A stretch of 64,000 nt of DNA from Phoronis australis (Eukaryota > Animalia > Phoronida). Numbering within the stretch: position 1 is the first letter of the stretch; each line of letters begins with the position of its first letter. Under the pieces are notes generated by a model. It ran no database searches. It saw nothing but the letters and a program-made list of their open reading frames with translations, and was not told the origin of the DNA. The position numbers and the translations under genes were made by a program. Positions 50,801 through 62,700 of the stretch are shown in pieces. The stretch is taken from positions 1,419 to 65,418 of the forward strand of contig NMRA01001040.1 of assembly GCA_002633005.1 (NCBI GenBank), in the 5' to 3' direction.

Positions 50801-53290
50801 TTTACCTATGGGAAGTACGGGAAACCAAAATAGTGTTTTTTACTTTTTTGTTTTATTTCTTATGACTAATCAAAATTGCGTCCAAGGTGACGTACCTATA
50901 AACTCAGTATGTGTCTTATTTAGCATAATTGCATAAAATGACGCAAAACCACAGAGTCAGGCAAACGCTGGATAAACAAAGTGAGAACACAAAAATCAGA
51001 TGGAAAGTGCATTAACAAAGCAGTGACTAACCGGACTATCCATGGCTTCCAAGTAAGGTTTATGCGCAAGGTTAGCCATCAGTAGAGACATGATACCAGC
51101 TTCAGCTGTTTTCTGTAATACAATCCAACAAATTAGTACACCAAGAGCAATGCAAAGTATTGAAATGCATTCATGACTGCACTGCAAACATTATGCTTCT
51201 AGGAGTGTTTAGTATTATCACTTCATACATAAAATAAAAGGCCAATAGGGGTGCAGCATATACCAAATCTACCTGAAACCAGGCAAGTGCTATCATCTCT
51301 TCGCTAGAAACTCATTTGCCAAATTTCATGAAAATCCATCAAGGACTTGGTATAGAGCTGCATGCAAAGGAAACCAGGAAATTGGGGAATCAATTAAGGC
51401 ACAGGTTACAACAAATTTGCCACTAGTTGGCACCACAGTTGTTGGACCCATCCGAAAATCTAAATCACCTGTGATCATTTCAATTGGAACACATATGTAA
51501 AATAATGATCCTTCAAGCACTTTGGTAGATAGAGAGGTGGACACTAAAACAGGCGAAAAACAATAGAAATGGCCACCAGGAACACATATTATGTAGAAAA
51601 TGGAAGGAAATTGTGATTTTCCTCTACAACAGAAATTTATATGCCAAATTATAGAGATAGGTGATTCCATCCAAAAATTAGATTGTGTCTCTCCATTCAT
51701 GATAAGAACACATAAGCAAAATTTCCCAAACATCCATCAAGGGGTGTTGGAGATAGCAGACATCAGATGCCGGATGAATGCCAGACGACCAGACATAGAC
51801 GGTGGCATAATGTGCCCACATACATAGCTTGGTTCATATAATTTTTCTGAAGCAAAGTTTAAACCCCACATGCTTACTTCTATGAATTCATAAACATCAT
51901 TAAGAGGTCTCATCAGCAAGCAAAGCTCACCTAATATATATTAAGTGTTTGAAACTACATTGTACGCCCATTTGATTAATTGGACTATGGATGTTTTAAC
52001 ACCTGAGATCTGCAAGGCACAATACAGCAGATCAATACCACATGCTGCCATCAGGGTTGCTGAGGTCCAGTGCTACTTTAATTGCACCAGGAAAGTACAC
52101 TTTATATAAAAACGGGAGAGAAAGGAGCTGTGTTTCTGTTGCATAACAAAAGACAATGGAATGAATTTAAATCACTTACCACTGAGAAGCCAATATCAAC
52201 ATTGCTGTAATTCCATAGAGCATTGTAGGTGAAATAGGTTGGGAACCAAACTTTGTCAGACTTAAAGATTCCCACTTCATTCAAGGCCTTCAACATCTTG
52301 ACAGACATGTCTACAAGGAGAATGGATAAAACCACCAGTTTAACTGTCATGTACATTAACTCAATTGTAAACACAGTTTCCACATTATTATGGAGCATTA
52401 AATATTTGACCTTTTTCTCCAAGAGAGCCTGTTTTACAAATTATCATACTAACATATTTCTGAACAGCAAATATCTTAAGTGTTCACTTTGAAATGGCTA
52501 TGAGCAGTTTTTGTTCTAGCCTTAAATTATTCCTTACAAAGATCAAACTGTATATCTGGGCTTGGACAGAACTAGGCAGGTCTCAAGCAACTGATGAACT
52601 AATAATGAAATAGTTTCTTTGAGGGAAGGTGCTGGTATACACCTGTCACTGTTTAGCTATCAATGTTGAATTCATAACCAATACGGTTTGTGGTTTAAAA
52701 GCATCACCATGCCCATCTTTTCTTGAATTGCGTAACTCAAGCCACAGGGCAAAATACAACTTTCGGTTTTTAGGAGTGAAATATTTGAACAAAATTGCCA
52801 TCTTCCAACAATTTAGGCCTACAGTCTTACTACAGGAAATGCACATCTAGACCATAGCTACATAAAACGATCAAAACAACTTACTTATATAGTTTCCCTT
52901 GGCAAGCAACCGTGCACTCTCTGAAGCCAACTCTGGGTACTTCCAATACGTCTGCGAAACCGCTTCCTGTATATCTTTACCCTCATCACTATCATACTGC
53001 GTCACTTCAGCAAGCCGTTTGGACAATTTCTGCAGTTCCTCTCCCAATGTCTCGTTTGTATGTTTGACATCACCTTCTTTCTCCACTAGCAAGTTTTTTG
53101 ACAAAACATCAGCCGATTTCACCGTGGATGATTCTCGGCGAGGTTTATCAATGGGAGACAGATGCTTCGGCGGGCTTCTTAACATTTTGGCGGAGGATGA
53201 CCTGCTGCTATTGGCACTTGAACTACGATGGGAGGCAGATGAACCTCGTTTGTCATTTATCTCAGGCAAAAATACTTTTGGCTTCGACAT
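38866..53290 (-). CDS. ARM-repeat / TIR / SAM domain protein, ~678 aa; exons 53290-52885, 52310-52180, 51112-51032, 50523-50425, 48474-48360, 47522-47389, 46355-46031, 44129-44032, 43440-43299, 41987-41790, 40943-40808, 39995-39929, 38970-38866
   Basis: 13 GT-AG exons join in phase with no stops (2037 nt). ARM-like NALWNYS, GMLANIAR, GAVELFIRLL...GLEGLWSLSFN; TIR HVFLSYSWANQPVV...GYKVWIDVDQM...MARAVEEAAVVLICVSEPYKESSNTRTEAEY...YKPDGWLGALVG; SAM-like WTKEQVQSWLKEKHL...DYDGPLLTKL. Confidence 0.9.
43480..43700. mobile_element. Palindromic fold-back MITE with tRNA B-box-like centre
   Basis: ~85-bp imperfect arms (AGTAAGAATT...GAAAAGATCTCTGTCTC / GAGACAGAGATCCTTTC...AATTCTTACT); centre GGGCTCGAATC. 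Confidence 0.6.
45914..46003. repeat. (CA)n microsatellite
   Basis: Seen directly. Confidence 0.9.
46939..47026. repeat. 20-bp tandem repeat x~4.5 (ATTCAAGCTTGGACAATATC)
   Basis: Seen directly. Confidence 0.85.
48660..48917. repeat. 32-bp minisatellite x8 (GTTGATATGTACACACTGTGTACATTGCATAC)
   Basis: Tandem units; source of spurious Cys-rich ORFs. Confidence 0.92.
49645..49720 (-). mobile_element. tRNA-derived SINE head / pseudo-tRNA
   Basis: Minus strand A-box TGGTGCAGTGG and B-box GGTTCGAACCC at tRNA spacing, poor acceptor stem. Confidence 0.6.
50255..50378. mobile_element. Short palindromic MITE
   Basis: ATAGATTATTACAT / ATGTAATAATCTAT, AGTCGTTAT / ATAACGACT, TTCTAGAGCCC / GGGCTCTAGAA nested inverted pairs. 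Confidence 0.65.
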
Positions 53291-53388
53291 TGTCTCTACA
53301 CATCAAATTCACCTACAAACATAGTAAATATATAGAAGCTGAGGTTGGCCTGAGTAATGAAATATATCAAATAAACACAGAAAAATCA

Positions 53389-53466
53389 GGAACCCCAACA
53401 GGGACTCGAACCACAGGTCTCTAGATTGCCGGTCTAGTGCTCTCACCACTGAGCTACTGAGGACCC
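53389..53466 (-). mobile_element. tRNA-derived SINE head / pseudo-tRNA
   Basis: Minus strand TAGCTCAGTGGTGAGAGCA (A-box/D-arm), CTAGA-CCGGCAA-TCTAG arm, GGTTCGAGTCC (B-box); T-stem and acceptor stem imperfect. Confidence 0.65.
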
Positions 53467-55392
53467 GATATCTGTGCAATTACTGTTTACAGCCAACTGT
53501 TGTTTTTCTATGCTCAAGCTCTGCAACATAGATTACTATCAAACAGTATTTTGAAAAATTGTGGGCAGAAGCTAGCCTATCAAAAATGAAAACAGGCAAT
53601 CTTGGCGATCATTTTTTTTTCAAAATCATCGAGATGTTTTACCACAGAAAAACTGGGGGTCATTTTCTGAAAATTCAAATCAACACAAATGGGCACTAAG
53701 ATATCACTGCAGAAAACCCAGAATGGTACAGCTGATTTTTCACAAGCAAACAAGTCCAAGCACGGTCTAAAAAGAGACTCATTTGCACCCAATTTGGCTA
53801 AAATCCAGGTTTGTTTTCTGTCTGAAATACATCTCAACTTAATTGATTGGTTTTGAAATTTTGAACAACGAACTTCATTGAATGAAGTCTTTTAACCGGA
53901 ACTGCAGCAATTAAAGTGTAACAGATCTGATGGTGAAATGAGTGAGGTTGAGCAAAAACTAGTAAGGATCTCATTTTTAGGGAGATACATTCAATTTGGT
54001 CAATTCAAAAGGCAGAATGCACAAAAAACTATCCTGAAAGCTCGGTGTGGTACCACCGTTTTTGAAAACCATTGTTTGGGTTCATGTTTGGGGTGGAATC
54101 CTTTGTGTGGTTTTATAATGTTATAACCAGTCACTTCAATAATGAGATGTATCGTTACTGGAGCCCAGTCCAAGTGGACGACCATGAAGCATTGTAGTAT
54201 ATGAAAGACACTATGAAATCATGGATATTCAAGAAGCCTCTACTAAAACTGACTATCACTAAGTTACAACGATTCACACCCACGTGACTACTTTTCTGAA
54301 GTGTGTAACCAGATGTGAGCATAACAAACTACACCACGACTATTAAGTTAAGATTTCTACATCTAATACTGACAGCTGAGCATCCAACCAATCGGCCAAG
54401 AGACAATTGATACTTGGTAAGCTATATTGACATATTTTTATGTTTTAATACAGCGAGCCAGTGTTCCTAATTACACAAAATAACAGCATGGACCAAACAG
54501 AGTTCACTGATAATTCAATAGCAAGATTCGTCATTGCGGAGTTGATTTATTCCAGTTTGAACTTTTGGATTCCGGCATGACCTAATCAGCGCTGAGTGGG
54601 ACCTAAAAGTACTACACAGATTTAGGACCATGAACCTATCCAAAATATTGTGACTTCCAAAGAAAATTAGTTTCTCAAGCGTTTCGCTTAGGCGCAGGTG
54701 GGAGTCCTTTTCTACAGGCACCTGTCCCGTTGTTGATACAGGTGTGATTCATTGTCCTCGACAAAGGTGTGTAATCTTGCATCTACAAAACTTTTTAAAA
54801 TGCAAATTGGTCTCACTTGTAAAGTTTTATGTAACTAATAACAGGTTACAGTCATTCAACAATTAACTGTTACAAATTGATTAATCTCAAGAGAACAATA
54901 ACATCAGCTGAAGCAAGGTGGCTTCTTGAATATACTACGGCAGATTTCAAGGTTAGTAGAACCTGTGTAGTTGCCCAAACTCAACCAGGGCCAGCGAGGC
55001 AGTCAATGAACGATTGGAAGGGTCACTTCATGGCAGTTAAACATAGGGTAAAATGTGATATGAACAAAAATTGGTCATTTTTAAAATTTTGTTGCTTCTG
55101 AAATTAATTTGTTGTGAAAACTTAGGCTAGTATCATTTTTACCTGGTTAGGTTTTTGTTCTCTGGTAACTGTTTTAGTAACTTTTTGAACTGTGGTTGAT
55201 GATTGCATAGCCAGTTAGTTGTGGTGTCTGACAAAAGGACACCATCAGACACAATGGACCTTGATTTAGAGAACCAGTTTCATCCACTAAATAACGGCCG
55301 TTATTCAGTGATTGCCTCTGATTCTTTAGTCTAAATCAGGGTCTATTATATCCCTTGCTGCTTCCCTGCATATGTCGCTAGGTGGTAAAGAA

Positions 55393-55895
55393 CACACGCA
55401 GGTATCATTCAATTTTCCTTGGGAATTTTTTTACACCGGCGTTTCTGATTGGCTGGTCGAATTCTCAACAGATAGCGCTTTACGCAAACAAACTGGCGTG
55501 ACTGATGGAGGAAGTGTAAATGTGGTACAGACAAATCAGTGCTTAATTCATGCTTTAGAAATGTGAATCCCAGAAAATTGTAGTTGCGCATTTTCAAAGT
55601 GCATCTTTCTACTGTCGCTGACTTTTGTTTACGTTGCTGTCCTGTATTCATACAGTGTGAATAACAAACTGGTTAAATTGGCCAGATATGTGTTTATTGT
55701 ACATGTACTTCAAGTATGCAGCTATTAAACATTACTGCAGAAACGAAATAGTTGCTGCTATGCTACTAGTATGACAAGGCTAAAAATCGTTCATAGTCCG
55801 CCATTTTCTCTCTTTGTTGTAAAGCTAACCAATGACTGCCGAGGTTACATCAACCAGTAACAAAGTGTGTGCTACTGAACGATACCTGCGTGTGA
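55393..55895. mobile_element. MITE-like element
   Basis: Inverted pair CACACGCAGGTATCATTCA / TGAACGATACCTGCGTGTG; true termini may extend further. Confidence 0.5.
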
Positions 55896-56584
55896 TCTCT
55901 ACACGCAAGGAACCAGCGAGTTATATCCGACTGCTTTCATTTAATTATGCTTAAAATCAATGGACTCCAACAGGACCTTTTGTAATAATTAAATAACGAA
56001 AATATGCACGTGGTGAAAGCTGTTTCTGAAAATATTAAAATACGAAGGCAATGGCGCATTTATGTGAGGGTGTTGTAATGGAATTTCCCAGTAGTCAGCC
56101 AGGAACAGTAGTCCCTTCATGACGTCAACATACACTACCTACTGGCTACTGCGACTATTCTAGTATTCTATACAGACAACACATAGAAAAGACCAAAACA
56201 ACATAATTGAAATACTATGCATCAACCCTTTTAACTCACGCATTGCATTAGCTCAATACTTACACCGAGTATTACATCTAAAATTGGTTGTCTTTTAATG
56301 AAAGAATTCCAGCGAAAATGCGAGATGTCCTCAGGGGACTAGCCACACGAATCAGCTTCTTCCACCATGACGACAGCACATATGTGTCATGTCGCTTAGT
56401 ATATTGTGCGTTATGTCGCTTAAATAAACTAAATAAACTACTCGTCGGTCATATCACTGGCCAGAATAAAAGCATTAATTTTGCTCACATTTATAGCTAC
56501 ACGAATACTTATACGAGTTTCACTTGTAAACTTTTGCATAATTAATTTAAAAAATATTTACGAAACCATACGTGATGTTCGATT

Positions 56585-56701
56585 ACTGACTTTGCTTCTT
56601 TCAGCAACAACCGCCATTTTAAAACAATAAGTTGCTGGAAGCTCCAAATTTTACCAAATATAACAAAGAAGCAGGGAAAAAGGCATGAGTTTATCATTAA
56701 G
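56585..56701. promoter_or_regulatory. Putative bidirectional promoter (ARM-TIR-SAM gene leftward, CETN3 rightward)
   Basis: Minus-strand AAAATGGCGG at 56612-56620 followed by a GTCAGT donor (56590-56585); CETN3 ATG at 56685; the TIR gene ATG exon has an acceptor 5 nt upstream so it needs an upstream exon. Confidence 0.55.
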
Positions 56702-59700
56702 GTGAGTTTCATTAAACGTCCATTATTTTAGTGTTAGCAGGGAAGTTTGTGGACTGCGCAGGAGTTCTTATTGTGAGACATAAACTCTGATAAAGATAGA
56801 CAACATTGTCATTGATCACAGTTGTAACTGAGTTGTTACAAATGCAGGGGCGACCCCTGGTGGCTGTTTGAAAATATACTCATGGATTCCAGAAAAGGAT
56901 TATTGTTTACAAAACGGCTCCATTAAGGTACATACTTGATATTAGTATCTTCTGAATTCTCTCGCCATCGTGATCCACAGGCATCCTCAGCTTCTGATCG
57001 TCCCCACCACAGCCACAGGCGTCCTCAGCAGGACCTCAGCTTCTGATCGTCCCCAATAGTACACTACATATAATACTACAAGGTATGACACTCCCGACTA
57101 GAAATTCCACGGGTGCAGCAGAGGTTCAACAAACCATGAAGAATTGTTCTTTCTCCCAATACCAATCACGGTGTCCTGTTCCGGCGACTTTGTAAGAAAT
57201 TCGCAGTCAAAGAACAAAAATGTTCACAAAAAGCCCCCACACACTTTCATCGTGGGCCGCTCGAGGTCAAGGACGGTACGGAAATTGTCGGTTTGTCGCG
57301 TAAAATCACGATGTCGATAACTCTACACTTAGCCGCCAGTTGAAAAACTATTGAGTACTTCCGTAACTCACCGGCAATTTCCGTACCGGTTTGTTGAACC
57401 TCTGTTTTGTGAAAATTTATTGAGTTTTATATTTGCTATGGACGGCTGAAGTGAAGCAGACGTGGAATTTCTAGCCCGAAGTGTCATGCCTTGTAGTATT
57501 ATATGTAGTGTATTGGGGACGATCAGAAGCTGAGGACGCCTGTGGTCCCCACTACATATAATACTACAAGGTATGACACTTCGGGCTAGAAATTCCATGT
57601 CTGCTTCGATTCAGCCGTCCATATCAAACACATAACTCAATAAAGTTACACAAAACAGGGGTTCAACTTGCTATGAACAATTGTTTTCTTATAATACCAT
57701 CCACAGTGTCCTGTTCCGGCGGCTTCATAAGAAATTCGCAGTCAAAGAAAAAAATGTTCACAAAAAGTCCAAACACACTTACAACTGTGTCGGTTCAAGG
57801 TCAAGGATGGTACGGAAATTACCGATCAATTACGGATGGACGGCGTTATTGACATCGTGACGGCGTTATCGACATCGTGACTTTACGCGACAAACCGGCA
57901 ATTGATTGTGATTTTGTTTTCCAACTGTTTTCATCTGTAACTTAATTTTAAAAGCAGTTTTATTGCTAATGCATTCAACTTGAAACTCATATAAAAGAGA
58001 AACAATGCCTTCGCTCTTATTTTAACCCAAGCTGGTACAATATTTTGAACTTTTCGATTTCAGTCGAAGTCTTATATCATTTGTAAACCAACACACCAAT
58101 GAGCTTCCAGAGCTACTGCTAGCAAGTTAAAAAATATGTTTTCTTGCTTACGTTACTTGGCATGCCGTGGACACTGTCTAGGTGAATGGCCTGCGCCGTT
58201 CTATTCAACATTTGTTGACTGACATTATGTAATTTTACCAGGGGTGAGTTCTCTCTGGACAGAGGTCGTCGCCGAAAGAAGCGAGAACTGAGAGAAGAAC
58301 AGAAGCAAGAGATAAAAGAAGCGTTTGACTTGTTTGACACTGACAAGGACAGGGCGATTGACTATCATGAACTTAAGGTTAGATTTTGAGTCTTAACATT
58401 GCGACTGCAGCTTTTCGGTTGAATTAGAATGTTTCACAAAGTGCTAAATGTTTAAAACAGTCATCAGAATTACAACTTCTGAGGATCGGCTGTTGAGTCT
58501 TTGGAATTGCTATCAGGTCTAGCACTGTGAACGGATTATGCAACCTGGCTTTTACACTGCATCTAGCTTGTTGATTAACATAACAAAGTGACATTCGCAC
58601 ATTACGATTGGTTGGAAAATTGGAAAATAACATTCGGACATACCTATGAAAAATGCAAGATAGTGTACTGCTCCATCTATTGAGAAATGCCTTTGTTGCT
58701 TGTGGCTTGTACAATAGTTAGAACAGACCTAGTCTGTGCATTGCGCACAAGTTTGTATTTTATGGCACGCTCAAGATAAAGTGTCTAATGAAACAAAAAA
58801 TAACACACTATACATGTTTGCGTCAAACGACCAAACCAAGGCATGCGTGTTGATGCCCACATACACATTTCAGTGTGACAGTCATCTCATCACCATTTCT
58901 CAGGACTATTCTCTTCTTGCGGTGGCACTGTGAAAAAGTTCAGTGATCAGATTTTTCTTCCTGCTGATTTTTATCTTTTTGGTAGTTAAGCTGGCATGTT
59001 TGACTTCCAATACAGGGCACGTTATACTTACACCTAAGGTCTTGGAGTGACGCAATCAACACGTTTTGAAAATGGCAGTCTGAACAAGCCATATACTCTT
59101 GCAGTTTGTGTCATTTTGGTCTTCTGTTCTCAATATTGTTGTGGAATTAATGAACCGAATACCTCACAGGAAAATGTCCACTGTTAGTGTTTGTGTCCTT
59201 TGAATATCACATTTGTCATTTAGTTACGTTTATGTAATTTTTGTGAACAGGATCAGCACAAACATAAATAATTATTCAAAATGTTCCTCACACGTTGAAT
59301 GTTCCATGCCATTGATACAAGTCACGCTTTACCATAATATCTGAGTTGACATTTGACAGGGAAATGGGATCATTTGGGTCTAAGTTTCGTAAAATCCCCA
59401 CTTTTACAGCAGATGTATTTGTCTGTTTCGTAATTCTTTTTTATGCTTATATTGATATAACTGGTGTACCATTGCAGGTTGCTATGAGGGCTCTTGGGTT
59501 TGAGGTTAAGAAGGCAGATGTACTGAAGGTGCTAAGAGACTACGACAGAGAGGGCACTGGGAAAATTACCTTTGATGACTTCAATGAAGTGGGTGAGTGT
59601 TCATACCCAGTCAATTTCTTTGTATTCTTTTGAACGGCCTTTGTGGTTTAAATGAGTTCAATCAGAAACTGTATGTCACTGTCAAATGTGAAGAATGGTT

Positions 59701-62700
59701 ATTGTTTGTCCTGGGTTAAAATGACTTGGTATACTTTAGAATCATTGATTGGTTTATATTGTTAAACCAAAAAAACAATAGTTGGTTCTGGTCTATACGC
59801 TGACTCACTTTGAAATTGCTACCTCTCTACTTGAATAAGAAATGCCTTGCATTAATCAGTTTCAACCAAGGCCTTGTACGTTTTTTGAAATGCCCCATAA
59901 ACACACACAAGCAGTTTTAAACATTGTGGCTTATCAAGTGTGGTGTAATTACCTGCTAATGATGTACCCCCCTCACACGCATGAGTGCCACCATCCCTTC
60001 CAACCTACCTGCTGATGTACCCCCCTCACACGCATGAGTCCCACCATCCCTTCCAACCTACCTGCTAATGATGTACCTGTCTCACACGCACGAGTCCCAC
60101 CATCCCTTCCAACCTGGCAATCACATTGCTGCAGCTCTCAAACTGGTTTGAGTCAAGGGAAAAACGTACCACTTTCAGTCATCTCGGGTAGTTTTTTAAA
60201 AAAAATTTAAAATACTTTATAACAACACCAATTTAAAAAAAACCCTCAACCAACAGTGTCTTTTGGCTTTTGGACAAAACGTGTCATTGTGTTTTGTGGT
60301 TTTTGATCTAGTTACGGACATGATGCTAGACAGGGACCCTCAGGAAGAAATCTCAAAGGCGTTCAGATTGTTTGATGACGATGGCTCGGGCAAAATCAGC
60401 TTGAGGAATCTACGCAGGGTAGCTAGGTGAGTGAAATTTGCAATATATTTTGTACAGTTTGTAATCGTCTGTATTCACTCTCCGTGACGCACATTTGTAC
60501 AAACCTCTGTCATAAACTGACACACATTTATGTGATTTTTCTTTCTTGTTCTCATAATGAAGCATGACTCTTGTTTATCATCCATAAAAAATTGGGAAAA
60601 ATTACCTCACATTATTTCAATGTACTGTGTCTAACATCTTCCTCAGTGATGTTGAACATTTCTGCTGTGTGCCGTGGAAGAGACCACCTTAAAGCATTGT
60701 GTTGCACACCACATGGCTTGAAAACTCAGCATCACTGAGGAAGATGCCAGCCACAAGACATCGAAATAATCTGAGGCAATTTTGTCTAATTTTTTATGGA
60801 AAGTTAACAAGAGTCATGGTTCACTATACTTTCCCAAGGAAGGTTATTTAGGACATTGTCAACATGTGAGTGTATTTTGCCAAAAATATACAAAAATATA
60901 GATTTTAACTCACTAAAAGATATTACGCTATATTTTTTGAAAGTGGAAAGCCGTAGAATGTTATTTTTGACTTTTTAAGACACTGTTGTTAATTGAGTGA
61001 TGTGAGCATTCTAATTAGTGAAATATAGCAAAAAAGAAAGGTACATTCATAGCAAAACAAAGGTACATGACTAAATTTAATTTTATATAAAAGTTAATGA
61101 TGAAATCTAAAAAATATGGTTAAATTTTTTCTATATTATTATTCCGTTTTCATTTTTTACAACTTTTCATTTTTTCATGAAAATCATAAAATTTCTATTT
61201 TTAGCCCCTTGTGCAGAAGCGGGGCATTCTAAAATCAATTTCTAAAGTGTACTGGAGAATGGTGTATAAAGCAGAGTATCTGAGAGTTTCATATGAATCT
61301 GATCAGGCATTTCTGAGATATGATGTTCCCAAATTGGACAAGTTTGGCCAGTTTCCTTGTAACCCTACATAATCTGAACTGACTTCATTGTTCTCATTCA
61401 GTAATGTATGGTAATGTGATCTCTCTTTGATGTGAGTTGCTACATTCCTCTGGCTCATGTGATTGTGTATATCCAGCTGAACCTATTTGTTCACCTTAAT
61501 GGTTTAACGTGGAAATTGAATAAAAGTACAACTTCTAATTTAGGCCACTGTTATGAAATATGTATCGACCCATTCTTTAATTTATAAATTAAAAGTAATC
61601 CCTGGATCTTGGAAAAAGTGACAGCTTGCTATTGCTTCGGATCTGGCTCGTTGAGTTGCTTTTCACAGTGGAGTAATTTTCAGCCCCCCGAAGTAGCACA
61701 ACTGCCAGGAGTAGTCCAGGAGTAGTCCAGGAGTAGTCCAGGAGTAGTCCAGGGGTAGTCCAAGTATTTTGTTGCAATCATAATGGAAGAAGGCAATGGT
61801 GTTGCTTTAGAAGAGCTTATGAGGGCAGTTGTGTTTGACAACAGGGCATGCTTTTAGTGGCTTTCAATGGTGTCTTTTAACTTCTTTTTGATGCAGAGAG
61901 CTTGGTGAGAACATGACTGATGAAGAACTAAGGGCCATGATAGACGAGTTTGATCACGACCAGGATGGTGAGAGTGAGTATCAGCCTCTCTTTTATCACG
62001 AGTTTACACCATCTCGGTCTTTACCATCATTTTGGATTGTTACACCATGGAACCAATGGAGTTATACATTGCTTCTGTGGCTAGATGTACCTCTGTTAAT
62101 TTGAACCAAGTGCCTAGGAAAATCAGTGATTAAAAATGCAGCTTTAAATGTCACTCCAAATTCCAGTTGGAACAATATTGTTAAACTGTTTCAAGCTGCA
62201 GTGTCTTGTTGATTTAATGCCTTTAGTTTGCTCTTGGTTTTAGATGAATGAAACAAAGTGTCACTTTAATAACTGGAAGTTGTTTTATAAAAAATCAAAA
62301 CTATAAAAATACTAGGAGAGTGTAGACTTCATCTAGGCATCGCAGCTCCCCATGAGCACATGAGCTTGTGGTCTACTCTCTATACTTGAAAGGTGACTGC
62401 AAAATTGGACCAATTGCATGGCATGCTTTGAGTTAACTTGTATTGAAATCATGTGCTGAAGTTTTGAGTCTTGAGTTTGGAGATCAGACTGTGTTCCCTA
62501 CATCATCAAGCTAAACTATTGACCTCCTGATTAGATTTATTTGTAAAGACTATATTTCATTTTCAACCTTGGGTTGCACGTGTGTTATAGTATTGCAGTT
62601 TCTTAACCAAATGGTGCTTGGCCTTTGTACTCAATTTTAACAGCCATAACACTTGGGATCATCCTCGCATTTTATTTGAGTGACGCGTTGTCAGAGCAAA

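Noticed and set aside
38866-53290. Calling the TIR gene SARM1 or MYD88
   Set aside because: Domain order is ARM-TIR-SAM with a single SAM and no death domain, and the TIR motifs differ from SARM1's; no symbol assigned.
52899-53424. Plus-strand ORFs of 141 and 108 aa
   Set aside because: Antisense shadows of the real minus-strand exon 52885-53290.
53389-53466. Functional tRNA-Ala(GGC) gene
   Set aside because: Mispaired T and acceptor stems, no U33, atypical anticodon; treated as a SINE head.
55795-55808. Second minus-strand AAAATGGCGG as the TIR gene start
   Set aside because: ORF closes after 12 codons, no clear donor, and it lies within a TIR-bounded MITE-like element.
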